Shown here: one piece after another, positions 55,795-64,000 of the stretch
How positions within the stretch are numbered: position 1 is the stretch's first letter
Layout: every line of letters begins with the position of its first letter
Assembly (NCBI GenBank): GCA_963840855.1
Contig: CAWJBB010000003.1
Coordinates: 32,001 to 96,000, forward strand
Origin: an uncultured delta proteobacterium
Lineage (GTDB): Bacteria; Desulfobacterota; Binatia; UBA9968
Length of the DNA stretch: 64,000 nt
Direction of reading: 5' to 3'
Made by a program: the position numbers and the translations under genes
The notes under the pieces: generated by a model
Seen by the model: the letters and a program-made list of their open reading frames with translations, nothing else
Database searches by the model: none
Told to the model about the DNA's origin: nothing

Positions 55795-56526
55795 TCAATA
55801 CTTCACCTCCATTAAAAACAGTCCATGGGCGGGCGCCGTGGGCCCGGATTTAGTCCGGTCCCGCGCTGCCAAGAGTTCCGCAAAGGACTCGGACGCGCGC
55901 AGCCCCGCTCCGACCTCGGCTAGCGTGCCGACGATGTTGCGCACCATGTGGCGCAGAAACGCGGTGGCTTCTATGCTGTAAACGAGCAGCTCGCCGCGCC
56001 TTTCCAAGGAAGTGTTATAGACCTCGCGCACCGGGTGCGCCGCGTCGCAACCGGCGGCGCGAAAGGAAGAGAAATCATGTGCGCCCAGCAAAGCGGGAAT
56101 CGCCGCGCGCATCGCGTCGAAATCCAAAGGCTCGTGCAAATGCCACGCGCGGTTCAGATAGAACGGCGACGGCATCGAGCGGTTTAAAATATGATACTCA
56201 TAAATCCTGGCGCGGCCGTCGCGGCGCGCGTCGAAGGAATCAGGAACGGCTTCGGCCTCTTTGACCGTGATGTCCGGCGGCGTCAACGCATTGAGGCCGC
56301 GCAGCAATCGGTGCCGGTCAAATTCTTTCGCGGCGTGAAAATTGGCCACCTGGCCAAGGGCGTGCACGCCCGCGTCGGTGCGACCTGAGCCGGTAACGCG
56401 AATGGGCGCGCCGAAAAACGTCGACAGGGCGCTTTCGAGAACCGCTTGGATGGTTTCACCGTTGGACTGATTTTGCCAACCATGATAGTGGGTGCCGTCG
56501 TATTCAACGGTGAGTTTGATGTTCAC
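55795..56526 (-). CDS. truA: tRNA pseudouridine 38-40 synthase
   Basis: YDGT.Y.GWQ, SGRTDAGVHA, FLRHMVR. Confidence 0.97.
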   Translation of the reverse strand: MNIKLTVEYDGTHYHGWQNQSNGETIQAVLESALSTFFGAPIRVTGSGRTDAGVHALGQVANFHAAKEFDRHRLLRGLNALTPPDITVKEAEAVPDSFDARRDGRARIYEYHILNRSMPSPFYLNRAWHLHEPLDFDAMRAAIPALLGAHDFSSFRAAGCDAAHPVREVYNTSLERRGELLVYSIEATAFLRHMVRNIVGTLAEVGAGLRASESFAELLAARDRTKSGPTAPAHGLFLMEVKY

Positions 56527-56686
56527 AAATAAATTTCTTGGGTTTCGGGTTTCTGGTCAAGGATTGATTCTGCTAGAAAACGTTCGAATGCTTCGAAACG
56601 TTTTGAACGGCCGGAAGTTTCTGAACCCATTTCAGCCCCTCGATGTCCTACTCGTCGAAGGATCCGAGGGAATCTTGAGCAGCGAG

Positions 56687-57709
56687 TTAGAGGTGATCGC
56701 GGATCAGAATCTCGGCGATCTGAACGGCGTTAAGCGCCGCGCCCTTGCGCAGGTTGTCGGCGACCACCCAGAGATTCAAGCCGTTAGGAACGGTATGGTC
56801 TTCGCGGATTCTTCCCACAAAGGTCGCGTCCTTGCCCGTGGCATCGATCGCCATCGGATAAACATTATTTTCCGGTTCGTCCGCGACAACCACTCCCGGA
56901 GCCTCACGCAAAATTTTTCTCGCCTCCGCGGCCGATAGATTCACCACCGTCTCGACGTTGACCGATTCCGAATGGCCGCAGAACACCGGCACGCGCACCG
57001 TGGTCGCGGTGACCGGCAAGGAGGGCTCGCCGAGAACCTTCCGCGTCTCGTTGATCATTTTCCACTCTTCTTTGGTGTAACCGCCTTCCATGAATACATC
57101 GATGTGCGGGATACAGTTAAATGCGATCTGATGCGGAAATTTTTCTTTCTTTAAGTCCTTGCCGCTGAAAAGCGCGCCCACCTGCTGGCTCAGCTCTTCC
57201 ATCGCTTTACGCCCAGCGCCGGAAACCGACTGATAGGTCGATACCACCACGCGCTTGATGCGCGCCGCGTCGTGGATTGGCTTCAGCGCTACGACCAATT
57301 GGATCGTCGAGCAGTTGGGGTTGGCGATGATGCCGCGTTTAGTGTAGCCCGAAATGGCACTCGCGTTGACCTCAGGCACCACCAGCGGCACATCCGGCTC
57401 CATGCGGAACTGCGAAGTGTTGTCCACCACCACGGCGCCCGCAGCCACCGCCAGCGGAGCGAACTTGGCGCTCACGCCACCGCCCGCAGAAAATAGCCCG
57501 ATGTCGATGCCCTTGAAAGAGTCTTCGTTTAGAACCGCAACGCGAATCTGCCTGCCATCGAACGGTAATAACTGCCCCGCCGATCTTTCCGAGGCGAGCA
57601 AACGCAGCTCGCCCACCGGGAACTGTCGCTCTTCCAAAACTTCGCGCATCTCCTCGCCGACGGCGCCGGTGGCGCCGACTACGGCGACGTTGTATTTTTT
57701 CTTCTTCAC
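56687..57709 (-). CDS. asd: Aspartate-semialdehyde dehydrogenase
   Basis: GATGAVG, ANPNCST, RVPVFCGHS, DNLRKGAA. Confidence 0.97.
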   Translation of the reverse strand: MKKKKYNVAVVGATGAVGEEMREVLEERQFPVGELRLLASERSAGQLLPFDGRQIRVAVLNEDSFKGIDIGLFSAGGGVSAKFAPLAVAAGAVVVDNTSQFRMEPDVPLVVPEVNASAISGYTKRGIIANPNCSTIQLVVALKPIHDAARIKRVVVSTYQSVSGAGRKAMEELSQQVGALFSGKDLKKEKFPHQIAFNCIPHIDVFMEGGYTKEEWKMINETRKVLGEPSLPVTATTVRVPVFCGHSESVNVETVVNLSAAEARKILREAPGVVVADEPENNVYPMAIDATGKDATFVGRIREDHTVPNGLNLWVVADNLRKGAALNAVQIAEILIRDHL

Positions 57710-57801
57710 GACCGTATCCCCAATCTTAGATTGTGGATTTTAGCTTGCATCGAAAGTCCAACATACGTTCGATGATTTAAACTCTAAAACCCTTGAAAAC
57801 T

Positions 57802-58890
57802 TTAAACCGCCCTCTCGATCCTATCGCGCACGAGCCGGCCCATCTGTTTGCAGCCGGCTGGCTTGCAGCCCGGCTCCTGAATATCCGCCGTGCGGTAGCC
57901 TTCGTTCAGAACATCTTCCACGGCTTTCTCGATGCGATCAGCCGCGGCGCCTTGATCCAACGAATGGCGCAGCATCATGGCCACGCTCAAGATCGTCGCC
58001 AGCGGGTTCGCTTTATCCTGGCCCATGATGTCAGGCGCGCTGCCGTGCACCGGCTCGTACATGCCAGCTTTGCCGCCAAGACTCGCGGAGGGCAGCATGC
58101 CGATGGAACCCGTCAGCATCGCCGCTTCATCGCTGAGAATATCGCCAAACATGTTGGTCGTAACCATCACATCGAACTGCTTCGGATTGCGAATCAGCTG
58201 CATGGCGCAGTTGTCAACCAACATATGTTCGAGCTGGATGCCGGCGTAGCCCTCGTCTTTGTGCATTCGGGTGACGACTTTGCGCCACAACTCGGTGACC
58301 TCGAGCACGTTGGCCTTGTCCACCGACGTCACTTTGTTGCGCCGCTTGAGCGCCGCCTGAAAAGCCACATGGGCGATACGTTCAATCTCCGGCGTCGTGT
58401 AAACTTCGGTGTTCACGCCGCGCTCGGTGCCATCCGGCAGCTTCGTGATGCCTTTGGGCTGTCCAAAATAGATCCCGCCGGTGAGCTCGCGCACGACCAG
58501 GAGGTCCGTGCCCTCGACGACTTCGCGCTTGAGGGTAGATGCCGACGCCAGAGCCGAAAACAGTTTCACGGGGCGCAGATTGGCGAATAGCCCGAGCTCC
58601 TGGCGCAACGCCAGCAATGCCCGTTCCGGGCGGATCGAGTAGTCCAAGCCATCCCATTTGGGCCCGCCCATGGCGCCGAGCAGCACCGCGTCGCTTTCTT
58701 TTGCCAGCTTGAGAACCGAATCCACAAGCGGCTTGCCGTGAGCGTCAATGGACGCGCCGCCGACGATTCCTTCTTCGAGCTCGACTTTGAAGCCGTAAAG
58801 TTCGGCGACTTGTTTGAGGACCTGTGTTCCCTCGCCCATCACCTCGGGTCCGATGCCGTCCCCCGGCAAAACCGCGATCTTGTAGCTCAT
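57802..58890 (-). CDS. leuB: 3-isopropylmalate dehydrogenase
   Basis: [37 protein letters not shown]. Confidence 0.97.
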   Translation of the reverse strand: MSYKIAVLPGDGIGPEVMGEGTQVLKQVAELYGFKVELEEGIVGGASIDAHGKPLVDSVLKLAKESDAVLLGAMGGPKWDGLDYSIRPERALLALRQELGLFANLRPVKLFSALASASTLKREVVEGTDLLVVRELTGGIYFGQPKGITKLPDGTERGVNTEVYTTPEIERIAHVAFQAALKRRNKVTSVDKANVLEVTELWRKVVTRMHKDEGYAGIQLEHMLVDNCAMQLIRNPKQFDVMVTTNMFGDILSDEAAMLTGSIGMLPSASLGGKAGMYEPVHGSAPDIMGQDKANPLATILSVAMMLRHSLDQGAAADRIEKAVEDVLNEGYRTADIQEPGCKPAGCKQMGRLVRDRIERAV

Positions 58891-60455
58891 GGTCCCTCTC
58901 TGTCTACCCGTTGACGATAGTGTTTGCGGCCTTCGAGCTTGTTGAGCGCATTGATGTAGGCCAGCGCGCTGGCCATGATGATATCGGTATGGGCGCCTTG
59001 CCCCGACACGCGAAAACCGTCGTCTTCGATGACGCAGGAGACTTCGCCCTGCGCGTCGGCGCCGCCCGTTATGGCATTGACGTTGTAACGAACCAGCTGA
59101 GACTGCGAGCCGGTAATTTTCGTGATCACCTGGTAACAGGCGTCCACGGCGCCGTCGCCGGTAGCGTAGTCCATTTTTTCCTGGCCGTTGACGCGCATCT
59201 TGATGGTCGCCGACGGCGTCCCCTCGGAGCTCGAGTTGACGCTGAGATAGAGCAGCTCGTAGCGGTCCGGCTGCCCCGGCACCCTGAGAATTTCTTCGCC
59301 GACGATGGCCTCGATATCTTCGTCATAGACGTTCTTTTTCTTGTCCGCCAACTCTTTGAAGCGCAGGAAGGCGCGGTTCATATCTTCCTTGCCGAGGCTG
59401 AAGCCCAAATGCTTGAGCCGCTCATCGAAGGCGTGGCGTCCGGAATGTTTTCCCATGACCAGCCGGTTGCCGGGAATGCCGATGGATTCCGGCGTCATGA
59501 TCTCATAGGTCAGTTTGTGCTTGAGCACGCCGTCCTGGTGAATGCCGGCTTCATGCGCGAAGGCATTGTCGCCGACGATGGGCTTGTTGATGGGGATCTG
59601 GATACCGGTTACCTGGGACACCAAACGCGAGGTCGGATAGAGCTGCTCGGTGGTGATATGGGTGTCCAGATCGAGATAGTTTTTGCGCGTGCGCAGCGCC
59701 ATCACGACTTCTTCCAGCGAGGTATTGCCCGCGCGCTCGCCAATACCGTTGATGGTGCACTCGATCTGGCGCGCGCCGTTATGCACCGCCGCCAAAGAAT
59801 TCGCCACCGCCAGCCCCAGATCGTTGTGGCAGTGCGCGCTCCAGACGACCCGGTCCGCCCCCGCGGTGCGCTCGATCAAGTTGGCCATCAACGCGCCAAA
59901 CTCGGACGGAATGGCGTAGCCCGTGGTATCCGGCACGTTGATAATCTTGGCGCCGGCGCGAATCGCCTCGCGAAAAATTTGAATCAAAAACTCCGGATCG
60001 CTGCGCGAGGCGTCCTCAGCCGAAAACTCAATGTAGTCGATGAATTTCTTGGCGTAGCTCACGGCCTTCACAGCCGCTTCGATTACCTGCTCCCTCGACA
60101 TTCTGAGCTTGTGCTTGAGATGGATGTCGGAGGTCGCGATGAATGTATGGATACCGGGATTCTTCGCGCGCTCGACGGCTTTGAGCGCCCTCTCGAGATC
60201 ACCCTCCTGGGCGCGCGCGAGACTTACGATCCTCGGCCGCGCGACTTCCTCGCAGACTCTGCGCACAGATTCGAAATCGCCTTCCGACGAGGCCGCAAAG
60301 CCGGCTTCGATCACGTCCACGCCGAGCTTTTCCAATTGCCGGGCGATGACGACCTTTTGTTCGACGGTCATGCTCGCTCCCGGCGACTGTTCTCCGTCCC
60401 GCAAAGTGGTGTCAAAAATTCTAACGCTATTGTTGTCCATTACTTGTTCTGACAT
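58887..60455 (-). CDS. leuA: 2-isopropylmalate synthase
   Basis: [27 protein letters not shown]-terminal regulatory domain. Confidence 0.97.
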   Translation of the reverse strand: MSEQVMDNNSVRIFDTTLRDGEQSPGASMTVEQKVVIARQLEKLGVDVIEAGFAASSEGDFESVRRVCEEVARPRIVSLARAQEGDLERALKAVERAKNPGIHTFIATSDIHLKHKLRMSREQVIEAAVKAVSYAKKFIDYIEFSAEDASRSDPEFLIQIFREAIRAGAKIINVPDTTGYAIPSEFGALMANLIERTAGADRVVWSAHCHNDLGLAVANSLAAVHNGARQIECTINGIGERAGNTSLEEVVMALRTRKNYLDLDTHITTEQLYPTSRLVSQVTGIQIPINKPIVGDNAFAHEAGIHQDGVLKHKLTYEIMTPESIGIPGNRLVMGKHSGRHAFDERLKHLGFSLGKEDMNRAFLRFKELADKKKNVYDEDIEAIVGEEILRVPGQPDRYELLYLSVNSSSEGTPSATIKMRVNGQEKMDYATGDGAVDACYQVITKITGSQSQLVRYNVNAITGGADAQGEVSCVIEDDGFRVSGQGAHTDIIMASALAYINALNKLEGRKHYRQRVDREGP

Positions 60456-60489
60456 GGATAGCCTCCGTTCGTTCTCCAAACCCGCCTAT

Positions 60490-60524
60490 AAACAAAAACT
60501 CCCGCGGCATGGCCAGCGGGAGTT
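60490..60524 (-). terminator. Intrinsic terminator between pssA and leuA
   Basis: AACTCCCGC-N10-GCGGGAGTT followed by TTTGTTT. Confidence 0.7.
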
Positions 60525-60550
60525 GTGTCTACTGAATCGAGAAGCGTGAA

Positions 60551-61408
60551 TTACGGCTGTGCCTCAGCCAATTCCCCTCTTCTCCCCCGCCGGCGTTGGA
60601 TCGTCGTCCAACTCCATAAGAGAGGCCCGGATAACGTGTATAACAGAACCAAGGAGAAAAACATGACCTGCGGCGTCATGACGATTACTTTAATCAAAAT
60701 AATTCCAAAAACCAATATCCAGATGGGGAAGCGCTTTCGCAGGTCGGTGTTCTTCGGGCTGAAATAGGGAAAGCCGCTGACCATCAATGCCGCCAAGCCG
60801 TAGATGACCAGCAGGAGCGTCACCTGCTTGTTGGGTGCGCCTTCGCCGCCGAGATAATAGTAGAGAAAGATCGTTGACGTAATCATCTCGGCAGCCGCGG
60901 GGATGGGCAAGCCGATAAAGTGGCCCTTCGCGGACGTACCGGCCTGGACGTTAAAGCGGGACAAACGCAGCGCGCCGCAAACGACGTAAGTACAGGCGGC
61001 GAGCCAGCCCCAATTGCCCCAGGGCACCAGCGCCCAGAAATATACCAGCACCGCCGGCGCGACGCCGAACGAAACCACGTCGGCGAGGGAGTCGAATTCA
61101 ATGCCGAACTGGCTCGTGGTTTTGGTGAGCCGCGCCACATAACCGTCCACGCCATCGAGAATATGGGCGAAGATAATGAACAACGCCGCTTGAATATACT
61201 GTCCACTGAAGGTCGAGACGATGGAAAAAAACCCGCACATAATATTGCCCGCGGTGAATAGGCTGGGGATCAGATATATCCCCTTTCTCAGCTTTTCCGC
61301 CGGTACGCGGTTACGCAGTGAAACTCGTGGCCTTCCCCGGCGGCGCAAGAGCCTGACTTTTCCGCCGGCCGGAAACTGTTCCGGTTCACGAGGATTGGCG
61401 CCGCTCAT
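60551..61408 (-). CDS. pssA: CDP-diacylglycerol-serine O-phosphatidyltransferase
   Basis: DGVDGYVAR..FGIEFDSLADVVSFG, RLSRFN, FIGLPIP. Confidence 0.93.
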   Translation of the reverse strand: MSGANPREPEQFPAGGKVRLLRRRGRPRVSLRNRVPAEKLRKGIYLIPSLFTAGNIMCGFFSIVSTFSGQYIQAALFIIFAHILDGVDGYVARLTKTTSQFGIEFDSLADVVSFGVAPAVLVYFWALVPWGNWGWLAACTYVVCGALRLSRFNVQAGTSAKGHFIGLPIPAAAEMITSTIFLYYYLGGEGAPNKQVTLLLVIYGLAALMVSGFPYFSPKNTDLRKRFPIWILVFGIILIKVIVMTPQVMFFSLVLLYTLSGPLLWSWTTIQRRRGRRGELAEAQP

Positions 61409-62034
61409 GCAAACCTCCCTATGACGGTTTCACCGCCTTTCACTTTTTGCCCCTCCGCGATTGCGATCTCGGTGCCAGGCGGCAGATAGAGATCGGTGCG
61501 TGATCCGAATAAAATAAGCCCAAAACGTTCGCCCCGGTCAAAAGTATCGCCTCTGCGCGCCTTGCACACGACCCGCCGCGCCACAAACCCGGCAACCTGG
61601 ACGACCCCGAATTTTCTTCCCTCGGAATCGGCGATACGCATAGCGTTTTGCTCGTTCTGTTCGACGGCTTGGTCTTTGTAGGCGGCGAAAAACTTACCGT
61701 CTTGATGACGAACCTCTTCAATGGTCCCTTTGACCGGTATGCGATTGATGTGAACATCGAACGGAGACATAAAGATGCTTACCCGGGTTTGGTTCCCTTC
61801 CAAAAGCGGCGCATTATTGATCTTTACGATACTTACGATTTTACCATCCGCGGGGGCGACCACCAACCCCTTCGCTTCAGGAGCACGTCGTTCGGGGTCG
61901 CGAAAAAACCAAACAAAAAATACCCCAAGTCCAGCGCCGGCAAACGCGATCGATGCCCAACCCAAAACGAAGCCAAGGCCCGACAATGCTAGCGCGACAA
62001 GAACAAAAGGATAACCTTCGACGGCAATCTTCAT
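61405..62034 (-). CDS. psd: Phosphatidylserine decarboxylase proenzyme
   Basis: FFRDPER, APADG, DVHINR, FGSRTD autocleavage motif. Confidence 0.93.
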   Translation of the reverse strand: MKIAVEGYPFVLVALALSGLGFVLGWASIAFAGAGLGVFFVWFFRDPERRAPEAKGLVVAPADGKIVSIVKINNAPLLEGNQTRVSIFMSPFDVHINRIPVKGTIEEVRHQDGKFFAAYKDQAVEQNEQNAMRIADSEGRKFGVVQVAGFVARRVVCKARRGDTFDRGERFGLILFGSRTDLYLPPGTEIAIAEGQKVKGGETVIGRFA

Positions 62035-62050
62035 CCGGACTAATGACCGC

Positions 62051-62195
62051 GCGCCGCCTGCTGGCGCGGGCTCGCGCTTGTTCAAGTCGTTCCAATCGTT
62101 CCAGAGGTTAAAACTGAAACTCACCGCCGAGACGCTGAGTGCGCCGAGTTCGGAAAAATTCGCAATCCGCAATCCGAATTCCGCAATTTTACTTT
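62051..62195 (+). repeat. Composite dispersed repeat, copy A (downstream of ilvC)
   Basis: cgcc..ctggcg, gttccaatc units, ttaaaactgaaactca, caatccgaatt..tacttt; homologous to 63380-63516. Confidence 0.8.
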
Positions 62196-62202
62196 ACGGC
62201 CT

Positions 62203-63219
62203 TCAGTTCTTGCTCTTGTCTACGAGGCGGTTCTGCGCGAACCAGGGCATCATGGCGCGCAGATTTTCGCCCACTTTCTCCAGCGGATGATTCGCCGCCT
62301 CTTTACGCAACTCGGTGAAGTGCGGCATGCCGCACTTGTATTCGTTGATCCATTCATCGGCGAACTTGCCGGACTGTATATCCTGCAAGATTTTTTGCAT
62401 CGCCTCGCGCACCTCGGGACCAATAACCCGTTTGCCCCGCGTCAAATCGCCGTACTCCGCCGTGTTGCTGATGGAGTATCGCATATTGGTCAGCCCACCT
62501 TCATAGATCAGATCGACGATGAGCTTGACTTCATGGACGCATTCAAAATAGGCCATTTCCGGCGGATAACCCGCGTTGACTAGAGTGTCATAACCGGCTT
62601 GGATGAGCGCGCAAAGACCGCCGCACAATACCGACTGCTCCCCGAAAAGATCGGTTTCCGTTTCGTCTTTGAAAGTGGTTTCGATCACCGCCGCCCGCGC
62701 GCCACCGATGGCCGAGGCGTAGGCCAAGCCGATTTTCTTGGTGTCCCTGGACGGATCCTGGTGGACCGCCAGCAGGCAGGGCACGCCGCGCCCTTTCTGA
62801 AATTCGCTGCGCACCAGATGCCCGGGCCCTTTGGGCGCCACCATGAAGACATTGACACCCGCCGGCGGCACGACTCTTTTGAAGTGAATATTGAAACCGT
62901 GGCCGAAGGCGAGACAGTTGCCGTCTTTGAGTCCCGGTTTGATTTCCGTTTCGTAAGCTTCGCCCTGCAGCTCGTCGGGCAAGAGAATCATCACAATATC
63001 TGCGGTCAGCGCTGCATCCGCCGTCTTTAGCACCTTCAAGCCGGCATTCTCAGCCTTGGCCCAAGAGCTGCTATCGCGACGCAATCCGACTACCACATCG
63101 ACCCCCGAGTCGCGCAGATTGTTCGCATGGGCGTGCCCCTGGCTCCCATAGCCGAGCACCGCGACCTTTTTTCCCTGTAAGACGCCCAAATCGGCGTCCC
63201 TATCATAGTAAACCTGCAT
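62203..63219 (-). CDS. ilvC: Ketol-acid reductoisomerase
   Basis: [33 protein letters not shown]. Confidence 0.98.
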   Translation of the reverse strand: MQVYYDRDADLGVLQGKKVAVLGYGSQGHAHANNLRDSGVDVVVGLRRDSSSWAKAENAGLKVLKTADAALTADIVMILLPDELQGEAYETEIKPGLKDGNCLAFGHGFNIHFKRVVPPAGVNVFMVAPKGPGHLVRSEFQKGRGVPCLLAVHQDPSRDTKKIGLAYASAIGGARAAVIETTFKDETETDLFGEQSVLCGGLCALIQAGYDTLVNAGYPPEMAYFECVHEVKLIVDLIYEGGLTNMRYSISNTAEYGDLTRGKRVIGPEVREAMQKILQDIQSGKFADEWINEYKCGMPHFTELRKEAANHPLEKVGENLRAMMPWFAQNRLVDKSKN

Positions 63220-63320
63220 GGCACATCTCCTTGATGAAATACGCCTTACAATATGCCGGTTGCACTTTGGCAAGTCAACCGCAAGTCACGGAAAAACAAT
63301 AATTTTTAGCTCAAGACGAA

Positions 63321-63349
63321 ATAAAACGGGGCCGCTGCTCGGCCCCGTT
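63321..63349 (-). terminator. Intrinsic terminator downstream of the VOC gene
   Basis: AACGGGGCC-N7-GGCCCCGTT then TTATTT on the minus strand. Confidence 0.75.
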
Positions 63350-63379
63350 CAAACTGCAAAACAACCTTTGTGACCTTTA

Positions 63380-63516
63380 GCGCCAGCCAGCTGGCGTGTG
63401 TTCCAATCGTTCCATGGGTTCCAATCGTTGCAAACGTTAAAACTGAAACTCAGCAAAGAGACACGGAGGGCGCTGAGTCGGACAAACTCACAATCCGAAT
63501 TTCGAAATTCTACTTT
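63380..63516 (+). repeat. Composite dispersed repeat, copy B (upstream of ilvC)
   Basis: Same modules in the same order as 62051-62195. Confidence 0.8.
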
Positions 63517-63537
63517 GCGTTCTTTGCGGTACAGGCT

Positions 63538-64000
63538 CTAACCCTCCGCAACGTCGATCAGCACGCCATCGGGATCTGACGTATGATGTTGGCCGAAAGA
63601 ACATTTGGCGAAGAGTTTCTGCCTGACCTCGCGCTCCGGATTTTTGTCCGGCCGGTCAACTTGCTGCGCCGGGTATTGATCGGCGAACTTTTGCAAGTCG
63701 GCTTTGAACGCCGCCATACTTTCGACTTTGAAGCCGATATGATCCAGCGCAGGGCGTTCTATGCCGGAGCCCTCAAAGTCGTTGATCTGCCAGGGCATGA
63801 CCGCCAGAGTTACCTTACCGTCGGAGAGATAATGATTCGGGTCGCCGGCGGGTTTTTCCAACTCGGTGAGATCAAAGACACTGCGGTAAAACTCGCCGAT
63901 CATGTCGGGTTCCAACACGCGCAAGGCAATATGGCTGATTCGCCGTGGCCTTTCTTGGTCCGTTTCGGTATAAAGGTCGCGGCGGTTCTCCATGCCCGCT
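63538..64000 (-). CDS. VOC/glyoxalase-family protein (probably 5' partial)
   Basis: ISHIALR, LDHIGFKV and DPDGVLIDV VOC motifs. Confidence 0.8.
   Translation of the reverse strand, partial: AGMENRRDLYTETDQERPRRISHIALRVLEPDMIGEFYRSVFDLTELEKPAGDPNHYLSDGKVTLAVMPWQINDFEGSGIERPALDHIGFKVESMAAFKADLQKFADQYPAQQVDRPDKNPEREVRQKLFAKCSFGQHHTSDPDGVLIDVAEG

Noticed and set aside
58824-60452. Long plus-strand ORFs (542 aa here; also 46338-47762, 31913-32806, 12534-13367)
   Set aside because: Antisense shadows of well-supported high-GC genes, with no recognisable motifs.

Overview
This is a GC-rich bacterial chromosomal segment, almost all on the minus strand. Gene content and intergenic repeat style suggest a deltaproteobacteria-like lineage such as Ca. 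Binatia (inference only). 1-14.4 kb is a signalling island: two paralogous hybrid histidine kinases flanking an orphan PhnD-like binding protein, a REC-GGDEF cyclase, an Hpt protein, a REC-REC-PAS kinase, and a partner-switch trio (REC-PP2C, an HsbA-like STAS protein, an anti-sigma kinase). The island lies behind a sigma28-type promoter and an internally deleted cheY. 14.6-30.2 kb is a flagellar hook/basal-body cluster (fleQ-like, fleS, fleR, flgBC, fliEFGHIJK, flgD, two flgE) with three sigma54 promoters. 30.5-42 kb holds an M16 peptidase pair, UbiD, ChdC/HemQ, an SDR, a cupin, a three-gene thiocyanate-hydrolase-like (split nitrile hydratase) operon and pckG. 42-64 kb is mostly housekeeping (truB, hflX, dnaE, guaAB, truA, asd, leuAB, pssA, psd, ilvC). 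Intergenic spaces carry several families of inverted short-tandem-repeat hairpins and REP-like elements. About seven +1 frameshifts, one of them in dnaE, are most likely assembly errors. Best leads: a split HptB/HsbR/HsbA-like partner switch next to a ruined cheY, a putative leaderless-peptide/terminator attenuator upstream of guaB, the scnBAC-like operon, and a binding-protein-coupled kinase pair.
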